Assembly: GCF_009914755.1 (NCBI RefSeq)
Contig: NC_060927.1
From: the human T2T-CHM13v2.0 reference genome, Homo sapiens
DNA length: 64,000 bases
Reading direction: 5' to 3' (one strand)
Notes under the pieces: generated by a model
What the model was told of the DNA's origin: nothing
Seen by the model: the letters and a program-made list of their open reading frames with translations, nothing else
The model's database searches: none
Shown here: piece after piece, positions 53,409 through 64,000 of the stretch
How the letters are laid out: each line of letters starts with the position of its first letter
How positions within the stretch are numbered: the first letter of the stretch is position 1
Made by a program: the position numbers and the translations under genes

Positions 53409-55489
53409 TCAAGAGCAATCCTTCCTAATCTTTTTAAACTATGGATACATCAAAAATTATAATTTTATATATAACACATGGGGCAAGTGGGTGAGGCTAC
53501 TTCAGGCTCTAGCCAGGGGCTAAAGTGTCACTCAGCTTACCTGCAATCCATTAGGATCACTTGTTTCTGCATACCAGATAACAAGAGACTAGATTGCTAC
53601 ACCTACTTTCACCATATTCCTGCTGCTCTTTCTTACTTGTGTTACCAGTCAAGGTGGTACCTGTAACCAACAGTGATTTCCTCCATAGACCTGAAGCTGT
53701 TGAAAAATTCAACCATAAATAAATGACTTCATAATTTTTTGTGCAGAGAAACCAAGAAAACGGAAATCAACCTAAGTAATAGATCTTTGCCCCAAATGAA
53801 TTTCCAGAAACAGAGCGTCCTGGGGCATTCTTTGGGATAATGTAGTCAAGGAACAGTGAAGGAACAGAACTGTAGACCAGATGAGTCACGCTCTGTTATT
53901 TTTCTCATCTTGCATTGCATCTTTTTCTGTTTAATAGGTTCCCTCTTGTCTTTTCCAGAAAAATGTATAGGTTTGTCACCTTTTTTAGTGTCCAAGGGGG
54001 ATTTGGCCCAAAGTGTCTGAGAGGGGGCCGCTTTACTCATCAAAGCTGGGAATTAATCTTAGTAACAACTAGAGGTCAAGGTGGGAATCTGGCAGTGGGT
54101 GCTCAATGCCTAAGAGGACAATGGGTTGAGACCACAGCTCAGTAGAACTCTCAACCACTTATTGTAAGGATCTCAACTCCAGAGAGGAGTAAATGATTTC
54201 AACAAACTAACTTGTAATTTAGGATGGATGATGTCAATACATCAACCAATATGTGGGGAGTTGTGTGACAAAAACTTAGCCTTAAACTAAACATTTAGAT
54301 ATTCTCACACTGAAAAGTATCCAGAAACATATTTTAAATTTCAACAAGTACAGCAGACTCTTTCCAGAGAGGCTTGAGTTTACTTTGCACATGGCTTTCT
54401 GAAAATGTATGTATCTCAGCTCCAAAACAGAAACTTTCTCCAATTTGAAGAAGCATTTAGGCCCATTTAAAATCATTCAGCTATGAACTAAATTGGACAA
54501 AGAATGCCTGTCCAATTAAGAACAACTTCCAAAGCATTCTTTTCTTGTCAAGTCATCAAAACAATATTTTCAAAGTCTCAATAGATCACATGCATCTTAT
54601 AGTGTACTCACTGTTTCATCATTCAAATCATCGATGATTAATTCAATTATGAGATAACTTTATTTCCATAACTTTGGCTTTTTCAAACTAGGTTGACATG
54701 GCAGTTGCCTTTAAGTGGCTCTAACACCGAAGATTTTATTAATATATAAGATCAAGGAGACACACAAGTGCAAAAATCGGCCAATTGCCACAAAAGAGCT
54801 AGAGTGAAAAGCTGTGCTTCAGCTTAATATCTGATCTTTAGCCAATATTATTTTCTTACTTGGGGGTATTTTTTTATGGGCATAGTGTTGATAAACACCA
54901 TTTTTAGTAAGAATATAGTTTTATTTAAACCTTCTTCAAGAAGCCATGGGGCTTCAACAACATTATAACCTCAAACTTGTCTCCTAGAAATAAGCAATAT
55001 GACAGCAGTCAGCAAATGTTATACTACACAGAATTAATCTTCAGGTATGTGCCATCTGTGTGTGCCTGCCTGTTGTTATTTGTGGGTTGTTATTTCCTCC
55101 ATCTCACTGATAACTATTTCTGTGTCTGAACTTCTACTGTACGTATTGGAGGTAGGCGGGAGAATCTCTTAAAATCAACTCTTCTTTTTGTTTTCCAAAT
55201 GCAAATATGCCTGGGAGGATTTTTACTTGAAGTAATTTATAATAAATTATGAACAACTTGTTAGTATTGCTGTCCTCGCCAAGAGAGAGACTGAGTGTGA
55301 AAGGGAAAGACAACCCCTGCCACCGGAAAGAACGGAGAAAGGGTAATCAAAATGCTTACTTCTCAGTTCTGTTCAGGATCTGAGCTAACAAGGCACACCC
55401 AAACCAGCATACGGCGTGAGATATTTTCACAAGGCAATTCATCCAAGTAAGATGACAGCAACATCCCTGCTGCTGCTGCTGGAACTACA

Positions 55490-55700
55490 GTAGCATTAAA
55501 TATTTACTGAGCACTAATTATGTTCCAGAAAATACACTGCTTCATTGTCTAATGTAAATCTTACAGCTCCCCACAATAGATTCTCTTATTACCCCATTTG
55601 AAAGATGAGGATATGGAGATTTAGAGGCAATAAATAACTTTCTCCACCACATATAAGAAATGCATGGCAAAACTAGGAAATGACTTGGTACTTTGAATGA
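55490..55700 (-). mobile_element. MIR
   Basis: atatttactgagcactaattatgttccag...ccccatttgaaagatgagga. Confidence 0.7.
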
Positions 55701-58700
55701 ATAACTATATCACTCTGCGGGAAGCCAAGGCCTCCTCTCCCTAGGGGCTGTGTATCCTGTTTAGGAGATTTGAGTTGAGCACCTGAGATGTTATGGGAAA
55801 ATTTATAAGGTTTAAGTTAACAGGAGTTGATCTGTCTTCAAATCAGAACATACCCCAAATTTGAGAAGGAGGTTGGCTCCTAGGATGGACAGCCCTCTGC
55901 TCTTCTAAAAAATTCCAAAGTACTCATAAACCCCTTGATTCAATCCAGAGCTCATAGAACTTGCTCTGTCTCTGGCCCTCTTCCAAGAAGCTGTGATTTC
56001 CTGGTTCTGCAGATCTGGCTTCATTTGGAAACAGGCAGCATAGTTCTCTGGAACAGCCACTTCTGAGCATGCTTTCAGAACAGAGCACATTTTGCGCTTC
56101 TCCCAGACACTCATACAGCATAAGCCCCCTGTTTACATCTGGATGGTGTTTTCCTACAAAGAGTAAAATGAAGAGCTGAAGCAATTTTCTGAAACAGCTC
56201 AGGCAAAATCTTCAGATTAATGATATTGATGTCTTACAATATTCTTATTACCCAAGTACTGTAATTGTCCAACTCCAGACTCTTCTTCATCTTGACAAAA
56301 ATTTTAAATTGTGTCCATTGAGAGAGTATCTACCATTGCAAACAACTGTAAACAACTCAGCAGCAAGATGGCTCTGAAAAGATATGCCAGGGCCCAGATC
56401 CAGAAGCAAAACTGGTTGGAGGCCTGAAAAAAAGCATCCTCAGTTTCAATAGGCTGCAGTCATATATTCTTTCTGTATTTCTCTGAAGGAGAATTTTTAT
56501 TGCCAAATGCAAGCTGTGAACAGAAAATTCATACCTTTCTTTTAATCTGAGCTCTCCATCATCTAAGAGCAATACCCATCCAGGGATTCTTGCAGGGCAG
56601 GATGGAAAAGGAGTGAAAAGCTACAATGCTTAATTCAAGGTCTACGCTCTTCCCTCTGAATGAACCCTGTACTTCTTCTCACAAGTGTGCTGTGAAGAAT
56701 AAGTAATGAATGATCATAAACCACCCAGACAACTTAGAGTGCAGTACCAGTGATGGACCCTATTTTTTTCCCATGACTTTTCTTTCATTTTGTACAGAGC
56801 ACAGAGAGTCTGGGTGTTATGTCTGTGCTCTGTTATATGATCCCTGCGGCTTTTTGCAAGTAACAAATAGCCCTCCCCAGCTAATACTCATATTGAGCCA
56901 CACATGCTTGTATTCTGTAGAGACTGTTTTTATAGATGAGGTTACTGCATGTGATTCTACCTTCTATGGTAATAACCTGGCAGCTTTTGAATATGTTTAG
57001 AACAAGCTAATAAGAAATAGGTCCCCAAAACATGTTTCTGCTCCATAGAAACAGCCATGGAGCACAAGGGAAACCTGTAAGAGTTTTGAATGAGGTGTCT
57101 GTCACTGTCAGAGTCAAGGCTGAGGTTTCTCCAGAATCTATTTGGAGGAAAATAGAATGCTGCTTGGGGCTGACTACCTTGTTAAACAACAAAAGAGTCT
57201 CAGGACATTATATAAACATAAATTTACTCAATCTTTTGTGTAGGGAAGCATAGGGAGCAGAAAATAAGTCACATAAGCCATTTTCTAGGGATCTACGTAA
57301 ACAACCATCTATGTAACCTCAGGGTTACAACTTTCATGGTGGAAAGAGAAAGTAATAGTGTCCCTTTTCTGAATAGCGCAATATTAACAGCAGCACCAAA
57401 AAACAGATAAAACAGTTCTTTGTTTCAGCTTTTGGATGTGTATTTTAAATTGAATAAAGGCCACAGATGAGATGAGGATCCCAGGATCCCTCCTCTTGTG
57501 TTAACTCACCTAAGCCATGAAACTCATCCTAGTTCTGTTAGCTATGGTGATTTCATTTAAATCTATGCCGTCACTTCTGGTTTGAGCTTGGACATGTAAA
57601 GAACTTGAGAGTCAACATCCTCCTTCTGCAATAAGCAAAATACGAACAAACTGGAAATCAACACCTTTTTTTGGATGCATCAGAGTACCACAATTGCAAA
57701 ACAAACTGTCACCCCAAAATCAGGAGAGATAGGGTTGTCCAGAGAGACACAGCTGAGATTTGCTTTCTGGAGCAAAAGCTAGAGCTATAAACTGGTAGGA
57801 ACTTTAAAATGGAAAGTTTGATGAATTGCTGGAAGCTGAATGTTTACTAGTATTAAGAGTGAGAAATTCCTGGGAGCTGCATCTTAAGGGGGACTCATAC
57901 CTTCATGGCTTTCCTAGATGTGTCTAGGAACCTCTGCCAGATTCTCACAGTGAGGATCCAAGAAAGATGCTCTATGACTTTGGAAGGAATAGGGGAAGAG
58001 TAATCATTGTGAAATATGCCGAGAGGCTTCCACATAATGAAATTTACTCAGCAGGGGAATAGAAGGAGACACACTTGTGAAAGTCAGAGCCCAAGTTACT
58101 GGTCCACTAAAACACTGATATCTAATTGGAACGACATAGAATGTGCCCCCTTACCTACACTATGTTACCACACTAACAGGGCTCTGGTATCATAACAGCA
58201 GATTATGTTTGAGTTGCAAGACACAGACTCTCTCTGAGACGGAGTACTGGGGGAAGCCCAAAGTCAAGAGAGAAGAAAAACTCAAACAAGGACGTTAGAG
58301 GAATTTGAAGCTGCTGGCATCTATAGGTACAGCAAACGTTGCACACAACTGATATTCTGGCCAGATTAACATAAATCCTCACACTATAGGGCTATTTAAT
58401 TCAGTTCCTAATAACCAATAAGTGTTCAGGTTTCAACAAGAAATTATAAGGCATTCCAAAATGCAAAACAAACAAACAAAAACAAGCCAAAAAACTACAC
58501 AGTCTGAAGAGACAAAGGAAGCATCAGAACTAAACTTAGATATGACATAGATGTTGGAATTATCAAACAAGGAATTTAAAATAATGAAGATTAAGAAGTT
58601 AAGAGCTCTAATGGAAAAGTAGACAACATACCTACAAGAGCATAAAGTAATATAAAAAGAAGGATGAAAATTCTGAGAAATAATGAAAAGGAAATAGAAA

Positions 58701-58853
58701 CGGTACTAATAATCAAAACTAGAAATCAGAAACAGTATAACAGAAATGAATAATGCCATCCATCGGGTGAAGAAAGAATCACAGTGACAGCATGGAAGAT
58801 ATGTCAGTAGAAACTCCCCAAACTGAAATGCAAAGAGGAAAAACAATTCTTTA

Positions 58854-59333
<480 letters not shown>

Positions 59334-59660
59334 TTAGAGGACACCAGGCAGTGTAAAGCATAAACAACCCACTCCCCACAACCAAAAAAAAACAAAAAAC
59401 AAAAAACAAAAAAACTTTTAAACAAACCATAGCTAGGCATATCATATTTAAATTAAGTTAAAGACAAAGAATAAATCTTGATTTATTCTTCTTTCAAGAT
59501 TATAAGGCATTCCAAAATGCAAAACAAACAAATAAAAAGAAACCAAGGCAGGGACTGGGGAGAACTTTGCCTACAGAGGAACAAGAATAAGAATTACAGT
59601 GGACTGCTTGTCAGAAACCATGCAAATAAGAGGAGAGTGAAATGAAATACTCAAAGTATG

Positions 59661-60047
59661 TGTTATAGGCTGAATGTTTGTGTGTTCCCCACATTCATAC
59701 GTTGAAGCCCTAATCCCTATTGCAGCTGTATTTGGACATGGGCCTCTTAAGGAAGTAAAGTTAAATGAGGTCATAAGTGTGGGGCCCTGACCTGGTAGGA
59801 GTAGTGTCCTTATAAGAAATACCAGAGTTCTCTCTCTCTCTCCACTTGCACGCACTAAGGAAAGGCCATGTGAGGACATATTGAGGTGGTTATCTGCAAT
59901 CCAGGAGGACAGCCCTCACTAGAAACCAAATGAGCTGGAGCCAAGTTGTCTTGGACTTCCAGCCTCTGGAACTATAAGAAAATAAATTTCTGTTGCTTAA
60001 GACACCAAGTCTATGGTAGTTCGTTATGGCAGCCCAAGCAGCAATAT
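59661..60047 (+). mobile_element. MaLR solo LTR (MLT1A0-like)
   Basis: tgttataggctgaatgtttgtgt...cattcatacgttgaagccctaa...ttatggcagcccaagc. Confidence 0.85.
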
Positions 60048-63000
60048 AGTGTTGAAAGAAAGAAACACCAATCCAGAATTCTATATACAGTGAAATTATC
60101 CATCAAAAGTGAAGAAGAAAGACTTCATCAGATAAACAAAAACGGAGATAATTTACCAAAAGTCCTGTCCTGCAGGCAATGTTAAAGTAAGTTTTTTGGG
60201 TAGAAGAAAAATGATATAGGTAAGAAACTTGAACTATGTAAAAACAAGGAATAGCATTGGAGAAGAAATCAATGAAGGCAAAATAAAATATTGTATTTTT
60301 ATTATTTTAAATTAATCTAAAAGACAAGTATGTATTGAAAGTAATAATAACAATAATATACCGGGTGATTACAGGATATGGATAAGTGAATTAATGGCAG
60401 CAATGGCACAAGAGGGAGGGATTGGAAATATCCTATTTATATGTGCCTGCATTACATGTGAAACAGTACAGTGTTATTTGATGGTGAGCTTCTATTAAGT
60501 TAAAATGTATATTGTAAATTTGGGGCAACCATCAAAAAATTCTTAAATGTAGTTGATATACTAAGAAAGGAGATAAAATAAGATTATGTAAAATGCTCAT
60601 TTGAAACAGAGTAGGCAGAAAAATGAGAGCACTAGGAAGGGAATAAAAAACAAATTCAATAAATAGAAAACAGACACATAGTAGATGATAACCCAACCAC
60701 ATAAACAATGAATTTAAATTGGAATGTTCTGCAAACACTAATTAAAAAGAGATTGTTACAGTGGACATAAAAACAAGTTCCAACTATATGTTGTGTACAA
60801 GACACCCGCATTATGTATAAAGACTCAGGCTGAAAGAAAATAAATGGAAAAAGATATGCCAACCTAATATCGATCAAAAGAAAGTTGGAGCAGCTAAATT
60901 AATTTCAGACAAGGCAGCTTTGAAAACAGGAATGGTTATCAGGGGCAAAGATGAGCATTATTATAATTGTAAAGGGGGCAATTCTTCAAAAACATCATGA
61001 CAATTTAAGATGTATATGCACCTACAAAGAGAATACCAAAATACATGGGGCAAAAACTGAATAACTGTAAAGAGAAACAAATAAATCCACTATCATAGTT
61101 GGAGATTTCAACATTTCTCCATTGGTAAGTGATACACTAAGCAGACAGAAAGTCATAAGATTCTAAATGATCTGAACAGCACCATCAATCAACTTGGTCT
61201 AATTGATATTTTATAGCATAATCCATCCAACAACAGCAGATGCTTCTCAAGTTCACATGGAGCATTCACCAAGATAAACCACATCCTCAAGCATAAAACA
61301 TACCTGAATAAATTTAAAAGAATAGAATTTATACAAAATGTGTCCTGAGACCACAAGAGAATCAGACTCGAAATCAATAACAGAACGTTATATCTGAAAA
61401 TTAAACAATACACTTTTAAATAAACCATGGGTCAAAGAAGAGGTCTCACTGAAAATTTTAAAATATTTTTAATTAAATGAAAAGGAAAATACAACTTATG
61501 AAAACACATGGGACACAGAGGAAGTAGTTCTTAGAGGGGCATTTATGGCACTAAATGTACATATTCAAAAACAAGAATCATCAAAATTCTGTATACTAAA
61601 GTTCTGCTATGGAAAACTGAGCAAAAAAGAGCAACTTAAATTTAAAGCAAGCAGAATAAAAGAAATAATAAAAATTAAAATAAAAATCAATAAAAGTAAA
61701 AACACAAAAGAAAAAATCAATGGAATTTAAAAACTGGCTCTTTGAAAAGATCAATAAAATTGACAAACTTCTAGCCAGGCTAACCATTAAAAAAGAAAAA
61801 CAAGAAGACACAAGTTGCAACATTAGACATGAACATAAGTTCATCACTATTGATCCATTGGATATCTACAGGATAATAAAAGAATACTATAAACAGACAG
61901 CTCTATGACCACTGTGATAATTTAGATTAAACAGCAATTTCTTGAAGGACACAAACTTTCAAAATGCACAGAAATAGATAACCAGCATAGCCCTATGTCT
62001 ATTTAATAATTCAAATCAATAATTAATACCTTTCTAACGAAGAAAGCTAGACTTAGATGTGTTAACTGGTGAATTCTAACAAACATTTAAGGTAGAAATT
62101 ATACCAATTCTCCACAATCTCTTCTAGGAAACAGAAGCAGAGGGAACACTTCTGAAATATCCTAGGAATCTAGTATCACTCCAATATCAAAAGCATTTCA
62201 AGAGAGATAAAATATACATGAATATATTTCATGAAGAAAAATGCAAAAATCTTCAAGAAAATATTACCAAATGTAATACAACAATGTATAAAAAATTATA
62301 CATCAACATTAAGTTGGATTTATTCCAAGTATGCAAAGCTGATTCAACATTAAAAAGTCAGTCAATGTAACCCACTGTATCAATAGGCTAAAGAAGAAAG
62401 GTTATATCATCATATCAACTGATGCTAAAAAGCCATTCAGCAAAATGGAACATAGTCATTTAAAAAGCTATCAGAAAACTAAGAATAGAGAGAAACTTCC
62501 TCCACTTAATCAAAAACATATACAAAATAGCTACAGATAACATCATACTTAATGGTGAGAGACTGGACACTTTCCTCTAAGACTGGAAACAAGGCAAGGA
62601 TCTCCCCTCAACACTCCTATTTAATGTCATACTGGAAGTCCTAGCTAGTTCAATGAGACACGCAAAAGAAATAAAATGTATACAAATTAGGAAGGAAGAA
62701 ATAGAATGGTCTTTATTTGCAGATGATACAATCATCTATGTAGAAAAACTGAAAGAATAAACAAAAAGCTAACAGAACTAATAAGTGAGCATAGCAAGTT
62801 TGCAGGATGAAAGGTTAAGATAGAGTTAATTGTTGTCTTATGTATTAGTAGCTAACAATTGGAATTTGAAATTTAAAAAGATACTATTTACAGTGGTACA
62901 CCCACAAAAATAAATACTTGGTATAAATTTAACAACACGTTTATTGACTTGTATGCAAAATACTATAAAATTCTGATTTAAAAAAATCAAAGAAGGTATA

Positions 63001-63706
63001 GATAGAGAGATCTTCCATGTTCCCGGATTGGAAGACTCAATGTTATTAAGATGGCAATTATTTCCAACTTTATCTATAGATTCAACATAATTCTACTCAA
63101 AATTCCAGCAAGAAATTTTACACATATTGACAAACTGATTCTAAAGTTTACGTGACAAAAAAACTTAGAATAGCTAAAACAATAGTAAAGAAGAACATGG
63201 AGGAATCACAACGCCTAACTTTAAGACTTTCTAAAAGCTAGAAATCAAGATAACATAGTATCGGAAAAAGAATAGACACACAGATCAATAAAACAGAAAA
63301 AGACTTACACAAATGTAGTCAATTGCTCTTTGACAAATATGCAAAGGTAATTCAATGGAGAAAAGACAGTCTTTTCAACAATTAGTGTGGGAACAATTGG
63401 ATGTCTCTCTATAAAAAATAAAAATAGACACAAATCTTACACATTTCCCAAAAGTTATCTCAAAATGTTTGTAGACCTAAATTAAAAGGCAAAACTACAA
63501 ATCTTTTAGAAGAAGGCATGAAAGAAAATCTACATGACCTTAGGGTTGGTGGTTAATCTTTAGATACAGCACCAAAAGCACAATGCATGGAAGAAAAATT
63601 GATTCGTACATTTTATTAAATTAAAAAGCTCTGCTGTGCAAGATACCTTGTTAAGAGAATGAAAAGACAAGCCACAGGCTGGGAGACAACATTTTGAAAA
63701 CACATA

Positions 63707-64000
63707 TGAGATAGTTTGGATGCTGTCCACTCTAAATCTCATGTTGAATTGTAGTCCCCAATGTTGTGGGGATGTGAGAGGTCTTTGGGTCACCTCAGGG
63801 GGCATATCCCTCATGGCTTGGTGGTGTCCTCACAGTGGTAAGTGAGTTCTTGCAAGATCTGGTTACTTAAAAGTATGTATCACTTTACTATCTCTCTCTT
63901 GCTCCTGGTTACCATGTGAGATGCCTGCTCCCCCTTCACCTTCTACTATGAGTGTAAGCTTCCTGAGGCTTCCCTAGAAGCCATCCATGTTATACCTAGA
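63707..64000 (+). mobile_element. MaLR LTR (MSTA/B-like), runs off the right edge
   Basis: atagtttggatg...aaatctcatgttgaattgta...agtgagttcttgcaagatctgg. Confidence 0.85.

Overview
Primate genomic DNA, almost certainly human because it carries an AluYb8. The window is AT-rich, rich in repeats, and looks intergenic or deep-intronic; I see no intact protein-coding gene, RNA gene or CRISPR array. Bases 1-5174 are the 5' part of a defective HERV-H provirus on the minus strand: 5' LTR7-family LTR, tRNA-His primer-binding site, splice donor, and decayed gag/pro/pol with internal deletions, continuing off the left edge. The rest is a mosaic of L1 (from a tiny L1HS/L1PA2-like tail to two multi-kb ancient L1M copies), Alu, L2, MIR, MaLR/ERVL LTRs, a full MER11 (HML-8) solo LTR, hAT MITEs and microsatellites. 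Structures not explained by repeat families are: (1) a 31-bp-arm palindrome carrying two octamer motifs, plus a second hairpin, ~1.7 kb upstream of the HERV-H promoter; (2) a ~213-bp, ~94% identical inverted duplication bracketing a 2.06-kb segment, probably an inversion scar; (3) a five-copy CAGGAAGTG (ETS-site) mini-array; (4) a fold-back plus templated-insertion repair scar inside an old L1; (5) two exon-like segments on the + strand. Repeat subfamily names come from recalled consensus sequences and need RepeatMasker/Dfam confirmation. I cannot support a new multi-gene system here.
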